DNA from: Octopus vulgaris
Lineage: Eukaryota
DNA: 64,000 nt
Assembly (NCBI GenBank): GCA_951406725.2
Contig: OX597817.1
Coordinates: 90,892,001 to 90,956,000 of the forward strand
Direction: 5' to 3'
A program made the translations under genes and the position numbers. Position 1 is the stretch's first letter. Every line of letters starts with the position of its first letter. The notes beneath the pieces were generated by a model. It made no database searches and was not told the DNA's origin. It saw only the letters and a program-made list of their open reading frames with translations. Below, piece by piece: positions 26,057 through 39,586 of the stretch.

Positions 26057-27133
26057 TAGCTTAAGGTGACCCACTCTACATGCGGGTAAGAGTGTGGTTG
26101 TTACTTTCTGTTTTTTATCACCACATTCTCCCTCTTTGTTTCTCTCTCCTTTCTCTCTCACTTTCCCACTCTCTTACTCTTCATTTCTGTCAATCTCTCC
26201 CTTGATTTCTCTTACTCTCTATCTTTCTCTATCTATCTCTCTCCCATTTATAAACAACAAAAGATCTTGAGAAAGTTGAGAAAGAAAATATCTTCAAAGA
26301 TCAATCATAAATATCAGGCAGTGACAATGGAAAGGTCTGCTTCAAGGCAGACAGCAAAACACTAACATTTAAAAAGGGACAGACAAACTTGCGAGCTGAA
26401 TAAAAATTAAAAAATATTCAAAACCAAAGTTTGAAGGGATAGAATCTGAGGATAGTAGAGTCACCATGGCTTGCATTTCTTAACGCCGGACAGCAACGTA
26501 GCAGCAGTTTAACGGCTGGCGAAAAATTTTGAACTTGATGTAAAAGAATATTCCTAAACACCAACTTTTGAAGTGATTCTTTCTCATGACAGTAGACTCA
26601 CCATGGCAAGCATTCAAAACTTCTTCATCATGGATGGCAACACATTGACGATTTAAAGGCTGGCGCAAATTTTTTAGCTTGATGTAACAGAGAATTCCTA
26701 AACATCCGCTCCTGTAAATTTTAATCCAATTCCAGCCCCATTTAGACCTCTTTTCACATTTTGGTTAATATAACCTGATTTCATTCGGGTCTACTCGAGC
26801 CACATTTTATAAGATGAGAAATTTTGTCCTAGAGGTCACGCCTTTCATTTGAGGAAGAAACAGTTGCCATGCAAACTCGCCAGCACTTTTAACATAGGTG
26901 TGCATATTTTCAGCTCAACCGACCACATAATGCAAACATTATATATATATATCCGCATTAAATGTATATATGTACATATATACACATTATATATATGTGT
27001 GTGTGTGTGTATGCATTATATATACAAATGTATATACAAATTATATACATATATATATATATACATATATATATATAAATACAGATATATACACTTTGTA
27101 TATATACATTATATATACATATTTATATATAGA

Positions 27134-27164
<31 letters not shown>

Positions 27165-27607
27165 AATTAACCCAATAAATATCTGATTCATAATATTTGT
27201 TCTTATGAGTGGGTGGTGGTGGTGGCGATAATAATTCTCTCTATGAATGCAGACAGACGTAGAGAGAGAGAGAGGATATGGTAGAAAGAGTGAATGCGGC
27301 GGGGGAAAGATAGTAGACGCTGTAAAATGACGTTATAGAGAGAACGTGAAGGGAAGGGAGGAAAGAGAGAGAATAGGAGGAAGACAGGCAGATAAGAGAA
27401 TGAGAGTAGACTTGTCAAAGTGTGCGTTTTTTGTCCTAGTAACCACACCTTTTAAGATAGGGACTTCTAACGTAGCCCACTCACATCCTCACCTCATTTT
27501 ACATGTCCCTGTAAATTTTGGAGTCAATCCGACGGGATCTAGTGCCTTTTAACCCGTTCCAATGCCAAAACCAGACAAACAAACTTTTTGCATTTCAGAT
27601 TTATAGA
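26056..27607 (-). mobile_element. Helitron-type element(s), minus strand, composite with microsatellites
   Basis: Minus-strand 3' end acccgc-atgtaga-gtgggt hairpin followed by CTAG|T at 26056-26059; 5' A|TC at 27607-27606. 27310-27607 is homologous to 27665-27970. Confidence 0.55.
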
Positions 27608-27613
27608 TATTGA

Positions 27614-27972
27614 CTAGCTTAAGGTGACCCCCTCTACGTGCGGGTAAGAGAGAAGTGAAGGGAAAAGTAGTAGACGTTATCAAACGATGTTATAGAGAGA
27701 ATGTGAAGGGAAGGGAGGAAAGAGAGAGAAATGGAGGAAGACAGATACATAAAAGAATGAGAGTAGACTTGTCAAAGTGTGCGTTTTTCGCCCTAGTAAC
27801 CACACCTTTTAAGATAGGGATTTCTAAGCTAGCCCACTCCCATCCGCACCTCAATTTACATGTCCTTGTAAATTTTGGAGTCAATCCGACGGGATCTAGT
27901 GCTCTTTAACCTGTTCTCAATGCCAAAACCAGACAAACAAACTTTTCGTATTGCAGAATTATAATATAGAGA
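27614..27972 (-). mobile_element. Complete ~360-bp non-autonomous Helitron-type element
   Basis: 5' TC(T)CTATATTATAA, 3' hairpin acccgc..ggggt followed by CTAG|T. CpGs retained. Confidence 0.7.
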
Positions 27973-29457
27973 TGATGATATATATTCAGGCATACACTAT
28001 ATGTGTGCGCACACACACACATGTACATCTCTTATCAGCTCAACCTTTTCCTCTGATGTTTAGATTTTCTCATTTCAAGCTTACTCATTCTTTTTTAATT
28101 TCACATTTCACCTAGTATCTATGTATTTGCCAATCTAGTTCTCTATTTTCATTACTCTGATGAATTGTATGATGAAACAAGGACCTGCTCATCAGTAATA
28201 TAACATGTTTCAGGCAAAATAATAAAATATAAACAGCATACTCTTCTTGGTTATAAGCGGGTATTGAGTTCAATTTTCTAATTTGTGGCTAATTATTCCA
28301 GCAAATAAATACATTCTCGTATGTGTGTGTATGCATGTCTCCTTCAAACAGTTTGAGATACACACATAAACACACATTCTAGCTACCAACAGTTTATTAA
28401 TTCTAGAGAAATTTCATTTCCAAGAAAAATCATTAATTCTATTCATTAACCATTGCTTATTGTTTTTTGTTTTTCTATTTAAATTTGTTTTGTTTTCTCT
28501 CCTTTTTAATTTCATAATTGTTCAACATTTTCACATAAGATACACTCAATGCCTAAAGAAATATATGGCTTTTAATACAGGAACAAAACTTGAAACAAGG
28601 TATTTTTGACTGAACCCAGGGCATGGCTGGTATTTTACATAATCAATTCAGGGAAGATTAAGGGCAAAATTCCCACCCTTGAATGTTTGAAATTTAAAAT
28701 ATATAGGGACATAATTAAATGGAATGAGGTACTTTGTTTCCAAAGCGCTACCAATTCTATACACCACTCTAACAACAAAAAAAAGAAAAGAAAACTTAAA
28801 TCCTTTGAAATATCAATGGATTTATTATAGATATATCTGGGGTTATGGTAACACTTGCCCAAGGTGCCACACAATGGGACTGAATCTGGAAACATGTGGT
28901 TGGCAATCAAGTTTATATATATCATCATCATCATCATCATTTAGTGTCAGTTTTCTATGCTGGTATGGGTTGGATGGTTTGACATAAGCAGGCAAGGCCA
29001 GGAGCTGCACCAAGTTCCATAGTCTATTTTGGCCTGGTTTCAACAGCTGGTTGCCCTTCTTAACACCAATCACTTTACAGAGTGTATTAGGTGCTTTTTA
29101 TGTTGCACCTGCACAGGCAGGATCACCATGTACCTTGCAAGACAAGGATCCCTCAAATGAGAGGATGTGGCTTTGTGCTAGTTGAGAGTCCTAAGGTAAA
29201 GTGGGGACAGATATAGGTCTCTTGCAGTAGAGTAGAGACATGGATACCCCAGCTGGAAAACAAAAGAGAGCAAGTTGGAGAGTAACATGGAGAGTAAAGA
29301 GAGCAACAGTGAGAGAGATGATGGCAAAGATGTGTCCAGAGATACTCTCAAGATACATTGGTGGTTGTAAGAATAGGTGTAGTGATATAGAGGCTTGGGC
29401 TGGATGAGTGAGCAGGATGAGTGACTGTAGCAAATGCACTTATACACACACACACAA

Positions 29458-29521
<64 letters not shown>

Positions 29522-29522
<1 letters not shown>

Positions 29523-29726
29523 GTGACCACGTATGTACCGTTGGCGATTTTTTTCCTCTGTCTTCCCTTCTCTGGATCTTTCCTTCTCCTATGTTTCCAA
29601 CGAAGAGCTCCGCTTGAAACGTTAAACCCTCCTTCTTTCCTTTTTTCCTGAGCGTCCAATAATACTATATTTGTTCCACGTCCTCGCATTGTTGTGTTTC
29701 TTTGTGCTTTCTTGTTTGGATTAACT
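29522..29726 (+). mobile_element. Short Penelope-type 3' remnant in (TA)n with minimal hammerhead relic
   Basis: gttt-CCAACGA-a-gagc-tcc-gctt-GAAA-CGTT-aaac at 29593-29627. Two core mismatches relative to CTGANGA. Confidence 0.5.
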
Positions 29727-30169
29727 ATATATATATATATATATAAACAGACACATATATGGTAGAAGATAACTTTTGCCTAAGTACTACCATTTCTTGG
29801 AAAATCAGAAATTCCTTGGGTATTACCATGGAATTCTGCAAAAAGATGGAAGCTGCAAGTCACAGTGTAGCTGGCCAGTTCCAGAATTAGGCAAGCTTTG
29901 TTTAGATTACTATTTCTACGTCCTTTCTGATTAACAGGTGAGCAGTGTTATCCCTAGAAAGGGTTGCTCAGTCATTTGAGAAGCTGCCAAATTTTTCTAA
30001 TGCCACAGTTTGGAAATGAAGCAACCAATGTCCCAAGCTGCCTATGTACAGATTTGCAATTATGTACTTCCAGCTGGTTAAGCCTGTATGTTCCACTACT
30101 GCCTCTTGCTGCAGGACTTGGTGAGAGACTAATTTATATTTATTTTTGTTAAATTACTTCAGCTAGCTT

Positions 30170-30565
30170 TTGCTCTTTTACTCTTTTACTTGTTTCAGTC
30201 ATTTGACTGCAACCATGCTGGAGCACCACCTTAAAGGGTTTTAGTTGAAGAAATCGACCTCAGGACTTATTCTTTGTAAGCCTAGTACTATCAGTCACTT
30301 TTGCCGAACCTCTAAGTTACAGGGACATAAACACAACAGCATCGGTTTTCAAGTGATGGCAAGGGGATAAACACAGACACACACACATAAATACGTACAT
30401 ATATATATACACGACTGGCTTCTTTCTGATTCCATGTAGCAAATCCCCTTACAAGGCTTTGGTCGGCCCAAGGCTACAGTGGAAGACATTTGCCCAAGGT
30501 GTCATACAGTGAGACTGAACCCAGAACCATGTGGTTGGGAAACAAGCTTCTCTCCACACACTCAT
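30170..30565 (-). mobile_element. SINE family A, full length
   Basis: Reverse complement of 46950-47355. Confidence 0.85.
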
Positions 30566-31444
30566 ATTGTGCAAGTGGGAGATTAACAGTAAAAGTCTAA
30601 CTTCCTATGCAGTGATAAAATTGTTTCTAAATTGTTTAAGAATGGCATGGAAGGAAGTTAAGGTTCAATAATTGCTCATATGTGTTTATGTTTCAGGAAA
30701 AGAACAATTCTATCTGAAGACAAAGAGAGGAAGAGAGAGAAAGTGATAGGTGTGGTAGGGAAGGAGATTTCTTTACAGTTATACTTGTCGTAGTTAACCT
30801 GAAGTTCAGAACTTTACGACATAAAATTAGATAATCTTATCCATTACACTGACATGATAAACATAGATATGTCATCATATTGACATGAATATTGATAAGC
30901 TGTCATCACAACATGATAAACATTAGTAATTTGTCATCACATTGATGTAAACATAAATAATGGTATTAAGAAAATTATATTGATTCATAACAACTTTTTT
31001 CTGGGTGGAGAGGTGGGGTATTGTCAAATATATTGACAACCCCACCCCATTATTTAATTGGTATTAATCATATTGATTTTTGAAAAGATAAAAGGCAAAT
31101 TTGATCCTGCATGATTTGAACTCAGAACATACTAAATGAAACTAAATACCACATGGCATTTTGCCTAAGGCCCTACAGATTTTGTGAATCCAACACCTTA
31201 GTTACAACAACAACAGTTTCTGATTTAGGTACAAGACTAGCAGTTTTTAGGGAAGCTGTATAGTCAATACCATCACCTATAGTACTTGCCTGATACTTTA
31301 TTTTGTTGTTCCCAGAAGCATAAGTAAAATTGACCTTGACAAGATTTGTATTCAGATCATAAGGGCTTGGAAGGAACACCACAAAATAATTTTTCCAATG
31401 TTCTAAGGCTTCTACAAATCCACTGCTTTAATGATGATGATGAC

Positions 31445-31650
31445 AATCTGATCAATTCATGGGCAATTATCTTCTGCATTGTACTGCTGGAATAGTGAAT
31501 AGGACAAAATATCACCTAAAGGTATTTGTCAGAAAAATGAGAAAAATCCTAACTACGCATGAAGCAGGCCATCCAAAGGCAAATGTCAAAGGTTTATATA
31601 TGCAATGGAAGATTGGAAAGAGAGCACTAGTAAGAAGTTACATCAGAGAA
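31445..31650 (+). mobile_element. R4/Dong-clade LINE fragment (post-RT region)
   Basis: TAGIVNRT...RKMRKILTTHEAGHPKANVKGLY resembles the SAGIINWT...DRKTRKLLT....HPKADVDRLY motif. Confidence 0.7.
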
Positions 31651-33234
31651 AGAAAGTAAAGTACACGTGCACACACACACACACATCATGCACATATTCC
31701 TTATTTTTACATTCAATCTTCATGCTAATATGACTTAAATGAATGTATATTACTGAAGCATTGTTTTACAGTCAGGCACCCTTCTGTTACTAAGCTTCAC
31801 TTGTTTTTCAAGTATCATGTATTCCACATCTTCAAAAGCAGAGTCAGCAGATGATTTGTTGATTTGGAAAATCCACAACATAACTAAATGGAGCTCAGGA
31901 TTTTCAGAGAAGTACAAAAGGAAACAGTCACACAGACATGCATGTGCATGCATGCACATGCACACATACACACATGTACATATATATGTATATACTTACA
32001 TATACACACATATATAAATGTGCAATATACACATGATGCAATGGGTCTTACACAATTTCCACCTGAATTCCACACACAAGATGATAATCAACCCATGGCT
32101 ACTGTAAAAAACTTGACTGAAGTATTATGTTATGTGACTGAATTTAGAGTCACATGAGCACGAAGTAAGTTTCTTGACCACAAAGTCATGGTTTCAACCA
32201 TCAATACATATGAGGAATGGCAAGTCCTTAATCCAGTGCACTATAAATGTTTTACTGAAGATCCCCTCTTCATAATCTGCTTGTTCATTTGCTCATTAGT
32301 TAAAGAGGTGGAGGCAGAATGAGTGAGAGGTGGAGGCAGAATGAGTAAGAGGTGAAGTAAAAGTGAGAGAAAGAGGGGAAGAGTGTGAGTAGAGAAGAAA
32401 GAAATGAGGAAGAATTAGAGAAAGATGTCATAAAGGCCAAATGTGTCATGTGGTTAGTTACAGGGAGAGGCAAAGAGTAAGATAAAAGAGAGAGAGAGAA
32501 CTGTTAACAACGTCCTGTAGGATGGGAAGGGAAAGGGAAAGATAACAAGATATGTTTAGGATACAATATTAGGCAGAGGGTGACATTCTGGTGGTGAGGT
32601 TAAAGAAAAGCAGATAGAGAGAAATGGACAAGAGAGTGAGAGAGAGGCTGAGAGTGTTTGTATTGACAGAGTAGAGATACAATGACAGCAAGAAAAAGTA
32701 GATATAAACAAACAGCTGAACTGAACTAAAATGAAATTAGCTTTCTTACTAAAAACTATAGTGATGGTGGTGGTGTTGTGTTGATAGTGAAAAGTATTTT
32801 TTTATTGAACTAAATCTATAATATTATTACCTGTTCATTCACACTTTATGCTTTAGTTTGTTAGAAGAGAGGAGGAGGTAGAGTGAGTGAGAGAGAGAGG
32901 AAGAAGGAATGTAAGAGTGTCTGAGAGAGCAGGTAGCCAGTTAATGCATCATGCTGTTACTCATATGGTTAGTGGAAGTGAGAGGCGAAGAGAAAGAAAG
33001 AAATGTTAAAGACATGAAGAGGAGAATTACATGGTTAAAAAATTTGTTGAAGAGGTAGAGAGAAAGAGAGAAATATATAGTGCTTAGCAGAGGGAAATTT
33101 TTAAATAATTTAATATATTATTGTAACTGGAAGTGAAATAACTTGGCAAAATAAAAATAAAAATGCAAATCATCCTTTCTTTCTTAAATAGCTTTTCTTA
33201 ATCATTTTCATTCAGTGGAATTTCCACTGGTCCC

Positions 33235-33465
33235 ACTAGTAGTGTAATGCTAAAAATAAATTTGTCCAGCCCTGTCTTTCTGATACTGTATTAACCACAG
33301 TAAGAAGTGAGTTCAACATCGCCAGCTCATAAACCACTTGGCAATTTATTGCAATGTTGCCATTATTTGAAACAGTATGTTGAACTTGCCTTATGGTACC
33401 TAAATACAGCTAGGTAGACTGGGCATGCAATCTATCCTTGCCATTACGGAATGCTGCTAACTAGA
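33235..33465. mobile_element. Old degenerate foldback/MITE
   Basis: Arms gtaatg..tgtccagcctgtct..ctgtatt..gagttcaacat and atgttgaactt..aatacag..aggtagactgggca..cattac, with a central tggcaa/ttgcca hairpin. Confidence 0.45.
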
Positions 33466-33559
33466 TATAAACAGTTTATCTCTCAGCATGTTATCAAGTC
33501 ATTCATGCTAATTATCAGCAACATACAGATGTAGCTAAATCACTGATCATTGCTGTGAG

Positions 33560-33870
33560 GTGTTTACATGTTTAGCAGACATGCCAGGGCATTTAACAGA
33601 TGTGTGGGTATTTAATAGGTATTTGGGCATTTTGCAGATTTGCAAAGGCATCAATGTGTAGCAAATGTTTGACAGATGCATGCAAGTATTTAGTAAATGT
33701 ATGGGTATTTAGCAAATGCTTCTGTAGGTATTTGGCTGAGGTGTGTGGACATCTAGATGGTTGAGCATTTAATGGATGAGTGAGTATTTAGCAGATATTT
33801 AATATGTGAACATTCAACAGATGGGTCAATATTTAGCAGATATGTTAGTGTTCAGCAAATTTAGCATATG
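33560..33870. repeat. Degenerate ~19-bp minisatellite (gtatttagcagatgtgtgg)
   Basis: Recurrent (a)tttagcaga/tttaacaga at about 19-20 bp spacing. Confidence 0.7.
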
Positions 33871-34374
33871 TAAAACTAACTTCTTTTATACAGATTATTT
33901 CAAAATACATGAAAAATTTATCAGTGAAAGTGCATAGACACACATTATCAAAACTTCATTACAAAGATTCATACTATTCTGTTTTACTAAGATTTGTTTT
34001 TAAACTTTCAATAACTTTAAAGAAAATCTTTCTTCAAATATTATGACTGTTATCAAGTAAATTTTTGCAAAAACTTTTAAAGATATATGCATATGCATAC
34101 ATGTATGTGTGTGTGTAGGTATGCATGTATGTATAGCATATGTGTTTACATCTAACTAGATATGTGCATACTCTAGTTATAATGAAGATCAATTGTTCTC
34201 AACCATTTTCTTTTTTGCCTATGATTCATATTTTAAATACAGTCAAGAAATATCAGCACACACACACATACACACCAGAGGATATTGACCTCAGCATTAC
34301 ACAATACACTGATTACATATTTTACATAATACCTCACACACATTACACAACAGATTGAGCTCATATTTTACCTG

Positions 34375-34900
34375 TTTATTTTACATACTACAGTACCCTC
34401 ATATATGACATAATATAAAACCCTCACACTTTACATATTACAGTACCCTTTTATTTTACATTACTACACTGCCTTCATACATTGCATGCTACAGTGCCCT
34501 CATACACTACATATTACAGTACCCCCATACTTTTCATATTATTGTATCCTTTAACATTACAGTACTACACTGCCTTCATACATTACATACTACAGTACCC
34601 TCATACATTACTCAGTATAGAACCCTCAAACATTACATATTACAACACCCTCGTACATTTCATATAACAGATTTTTCATACTACACTGCCCACAAGCATT
34701 ATATAGTACAATGATCCCACATATTTCACAATCCTGTTACTTCAATTATTACATGATTATGTATATTACACACTATATTTTACACAATATATTAATGTCA
34801 TGCATTGCATGTTAAAATAATATCCTTCATTACATAATCCACTGACTTTTTATATTACACAATACAATGCCTCTTACAGTACATAATACAAAGTCATACA
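34375..34900. repeat. Degenerate ~24-25-bp minisatellite (ttacatactacagtaccctcata)
   Basis: Recurrent tacagtaccc / tacactgcc units. Confidence 0.7.
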
Positions 34901-34969
34901 ACAGGGTAACTAGCTGCATGAAAAAGGCTGCACTGATAAAATTGATGTTCAATTAACTGCAACTCCAGT

Positions 34970-35660
34970 TGGTGATGATGATGATGATGATGATAGTTCG
35001 GTGGTATGGTGGGGACTGTGGTAATGATGATGAGAGTATTTAAGGTAACAATAATGGTAGTGGTGTTTGAGGTAATGATGATGAAGATGGAAATATTGTG
35101 ATAATAATGATGGTGTTTAGACTAATGATGGTAATTGGCAGTAGTGGTGGTCATGGTGAGAATGATAATTGTCATGAGTGTAGCAATTATGATGAAGATA
35201 ATGATGGTGATGATCATGGTGATACTTATAGTGGTGGTGATGATGATAGTGCTGTTGCTTATGATGATGATGATGATGATGATGATACAGTTGATAATGG
35301 CGAAGATGGCGATAATGTGTGATGATAGTATTAATGACATTACAATGACAGTAATGAGAGGTGATGGAGATTGATAGTGATGATGATGATGACTATGATG
35401 ATGTATAATACTGATGAAGATTAAATGTGATGATGATGATGATGGTGATGATATCAGTCATGATGATGGTGGTAATGATAATGTTGGGGGCATGATGCTA
35501 ATGATAATGATATTGGCAATGATGATGTTGGTGGAAATGATGGTGATGATGGTGATAACGATGATCATTGGTGAAAATGATATTGATGATTATGGCTACT
35601 GTGATAATGGTGACAATAAATTTGGTAATGATGATGATGATGATGTTGATGATGATTATA
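34970..35660. repeat. Degenerate (GAT/GGT/AAT)n low-complexity tract
   Basis: Visible directly. Confidence 0.9.
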
Positions 35661-35936
35661 AATTGTAAAATGTATAGATACTGTTTTTCCCCAGACAATA
35701 TTTTCCCAAATGGTAATATTGATATTTACTTAATCAACCAAATCAAAATAATGTTATAGTTATCTATTTATAACTTAGTATGATATAGAGAAATAGAACC
35801 CATAACCTCGATAATGTTAATGGGCTTAAGTTAAATATGTATTTATTTAATTTAATATATATATATTATGTTTAATACACTATATATATATATCCCAACA
35901 TGATAAACAGCATATATATATGTATATATATACATA

Positions 35937-37185
35937 CAGGGTGCAGACAGTATTTGAGGACACATGCATTTTTAGTCATTATTTTATTTGACTAATTTTT
36001 ATTGAACTTCTATTTCAGAAAATAACAATAACAGGCCCTATGCTTACTAATGAAATAAAAAGGCATGTGATTGTGGCTTTCATTGCTAAGCATGATGATT
36101 TAGCAATTTCTCGTTTTCTGAAAGTTGCAAGAACTTTTGTTCACAATATTTGGTGTGAGTTAGAGAAAGAAGATAGAAGCATGTTAGGTATATCAAAATG
36201 TAAAAAACATTCCAACTGCTCTGATTCTATCAGTACACATGAATTTATTCAGAAAGTTAAACAAAACATTAAAGACAATCCAGGAAAATCAATGAAGTCA
36301 ATCGCAAAATCATTTCGTGTATCAGAAAAAACAATCAGAAATGTTGTGCATGAAGGCATCAGATACAAATCTTACATGATGAGGAGAGGTCAATTCATGT
36401 TAGAAAAAAGCAACAGAAAACCATTTAATCAGATCCAAAATACTTTTGAATAAACATAAAAATCCATCAGAAGATGATGTGATTTGGTTTTCCTCAGATG
36501 AGAAAAATCTTGACCAGGACCAGAAAACTATGAGAAGAAATGACAGATGGTTATGTGCAGACCCTTCCGAGGTTCCAAGAGTAATGCACACAAAATTTCC
36601 TACAAGTGTCATGGTTTTGAGTGTTGTTAGCAATGAAGGACATGTGATGCCTCCTCACTTTTTTCCACAAGGTGTTAGGGTGAATGCTGCTGTGTATATT
36701 GAGGTTCTGGATAAAGTTGTTAAGTCTTGGATCAATAGTATATGCAATGAAAGGCCTTACGTCTTTTAACAAGATTTTACACCATCACACAAGGCTCAAA
36801 TGACACAAGAATGGATTGCTGACAATTCACTTGATCACATCACACCTACCATTTGACCTCCTAATTCTCCAGATCTCAATCCACTGGACTACTATGTATG
36901 GAGCAGCATTGAGAAACTGTCAATTAACACCCCCACCCATAGCACCATAGATTTTTTGAAAGCCACCATAGTTTGAATCATGTCCAATATGAACATGGAT
37001 CACTTAATCAGAGCTTGTAGAGGATTTCAACCCTGCATAGAGGCAGTTATTGATGCTAATTATTAAATTGATAATTTAGCTATATGTTTATGTTATTTTT
37101 ATAAAAATACAGTTTTTTACTTGTTATTATATAAGCGTTTTTTTTTAAAAATCTAAATCTGTCCTTAAATACTGTCCGCACCCTG
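35937..37185 (+). mobile_element. Full-length inactive Tc1/mariner transposon, DD37D (maT) family
   Basis: TIRs cagggtgc(a/g)gacagtattt(g/a)aggaca with TA duplication (35935-35936, 37186-37187). Triad FSSDEK / VF*QD / SPDLNPLDY with 37 residues between the second and third D (counted). One frameshift near 36410 and several stops. Confidence 0.93.
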
Positions 37186-37320
37186 TATATATAACATATT
37201 TATACATTAATGCTTGAATGACAATAAATGGAAGTGGAAGGATTATGCTCAAGCTCAAATTTAAACTTAAGTCCATTAACATTTATGTATTCACACATGC
37301 ATGCACGCGCACACACGCAT

Positions 37321-37357
<37 letters not shown>

Positions 37358-37612
37358 TGTATTTCTCTCAACCCATTTTCACTTACAAGACTTAGCTTGA
37401 CCTAAAGTCAAGATAAAAAACAATTGCCCAAGATGTTATGTGGTGGAAACAAATTGGGGATTTCATGATTCAGAAACCATTGGGCCATACTTGTGTCCAT
37501 GAATGATTCGGTAATCTGAGCCTAAATGAGCTGGGTTTCTATTAGAAAGATATGAAACTTTAAGTTACATGGAGCCAAGTCAAATGGCTTTAAATAATAT
37601 ATATGCATTTTA

Positions 37613-38493
37613 CTTGGTCTGATCAATAAGTATTTGGACTGTTGCCATAATAATGAAGCTAAAGCACACAGAGTGAAGCCACTTAGCACAGATTGACTTT
37701 GAACTCTGCTGTGCATATGCACTAAGTTTTAATATTCTAGCTCACGCTGTTTACAGCAGTGCTTGGAAGGAAGGTGTGTAGCGTGTGATCATTGCATTGA
37801 CCATGACAGAGAAAGTTGAGCAGAAAATCTACATCAAACTTTGCCAAAAACATGATGATACCTGCTCAGAGGCCTATGCAAAGTTTCCAAAAAGTTTTCA
37901 TCATTCTCAGCACAATCAAGGAGATTTGAGCAATTGAAACCCGAGTGTCTTTTTGGTTAGCTGAAAGCAGTTTTGGCACAAATTTGGCAGACATGCGTTT
38001 CATACTTAAATTTTCAGTGATAATGGACTGAATTAAACTGTAACTAATCTGCACATCCTCTGATGACTCACAGATGGTGATTCGACAATTTTCTTTCATA
38101 GCTGCATCCACATCTGTGATGTTTTTCTCAGTTGTGGGTCTCCTAGAATGTTTGTCAATATCTACATTTTTTCAGCCATCATGGAAATGTCTGAACCACT
38201 CTTACACTTGTGTGCAACTCATACACTCCTCTCCATACACTTTCTGCAACCTTGCATAGGCTACTGAGTAGGTATTGCCATAACAACTTGCTCTGTTATG
38301 GTCAATGCAACAATTACATGCTACACACCTTCCTTCGAAGCACTGCTGTAAACAGCAGAAGTGAGCTAGAACGTTAAAACTTAGTGCACATGCACAACAG
38401 GGTTCAAAGTCAATCTTTACCAAGCAGCTTTACTCTGTGTGCTTTAGCTTTGTTACTATGGCAACAGTCCAGAGACTTATTGGTTGAACCTTG
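37613..38493 (-). mobile_element. Mariner derivative with both ends made of the 5' region (long inverted arms) around an N-terminal transposase fragment
   Basis: 37613-37890 is inverted relative to 38238-38493, with TA at both ends. Internal KVYGEECMS..QVYEWF...RITI...KRMSAKFVPKLLS (WVP-like motif). Confidence 0.88.
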
Positions 38494-39065
38494 TATATAT
38501 AGGCACAGGCATGACAATATAGGTGCAAGCATGGCTGCATGATAAGAAGCTGGCTTCCCAACCACATGGTTCCAAGTTCAGCCTCTCTCTCTATCTCTTT
38601 ATATATATATAGAGAGAGAGATATATACACACACATACACTCAAATACATACACACACACATCATATATATATAAATAAATATGTATGAAGTAGATCAAT
38701 TTTATATATGTTTGTGCATATGGTTTGGGAGATGCAATTATAGATGTATAAAAAATAATATATAGCAATCAAATATTATCATTATGGCAACATTTACTGC
38801 AGCCAATTACATTCATTTTTTTTCCAATAATAATAAAAATGGTTTCAAATTTTGGCACAAGGTTAGAAAATTAAAGGGAAGAGGGTAGTTGATTACATGT
38901 CCCCCTCTTCCTCCTTCAGTATTTGACTAGTACTTATTTTATTGACCCTGAAAGTATGAAAGGCAAACCCACCCCCAGCAGAATTTAAACTCAGAATGTA
39001 AAGATGCACAAAATGCCAGCATCCAAACATTTTGTTTGGTGCAGTAAGAATTCTACCAGCTCACC

Positions 39066-39108
<43 letters not shown>

Positions 39109-39532
39109 TAATAATAATAATAATAATAATAATACCTCAATCTTTTCTATATTAACCAAAATGAAGTAGATTGACAAAATTATTTTTTGAACCAGTTGAA
39201 GACACACAAGATGTCGAAATATCATTCACTAGATAACAATGGCATTCTTCTTTTAATTTTGACTCTAATAATAATAATAATTATTATTATTATTAGTATC
39301 CTTTCTGCTACAGGCACAAGGCCTGGAATTTGGAGGAAGGGTATAGTCGATTACATTGACCTCAGTACTCAACAGGTGCTTATTTTAGCAACCCCAAAAG
39401 GATGAAAGGCAGAGATGACCCTAGTAGTATTTGAACTTAGAACATGAAGACAGATGAAATACCACTAAACATTTCACCCAAGCATGCTAACAATTCTACC
39501 AGTTCACTGCCTTAAATAATAATAATAATAGC

Positions 39533-39586
<54 letters not shown>

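Noticed and set aside
28150-28216. Hammerhead at CTGATGA...GAAA with an inverted CTGATGA
   Set aside because: No convincing stem III/UH/stem I on either strand. Kept only as a repeat fragment shared with 23750-23806.
31750-31930. Protein-like minus-strand ORF (SSADSAFEDVEYMILEKQ...)
   Set aside because: No convincing splice-site pair and no recognisable motif. Possibly TE debris.
33560-34900. CRISPR-like repeat arrays
   Set aside because: The units are contiguous and degenerate with no unique spacers, there are no cas genes, and the context is eukaryotic.
34970-35660. Asp/Gly- or Met-rich biomineral- or reflectin-like protein
   Set aside because: Degenerate GAT tract with stops in all frames, no reflectin motif and no splice signals.
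35695-35712. 18-nt + strand microexon (tttttccccag|...|gtaata)
   Set aside because: Isolated, opposite to the other exon evidence, and such matches are expected by chance in 64 kb.
35937-37185. Active or domesticated transposase
   Set aside because: A frameshift and in-frame stops lie next to the catalytic motifs.
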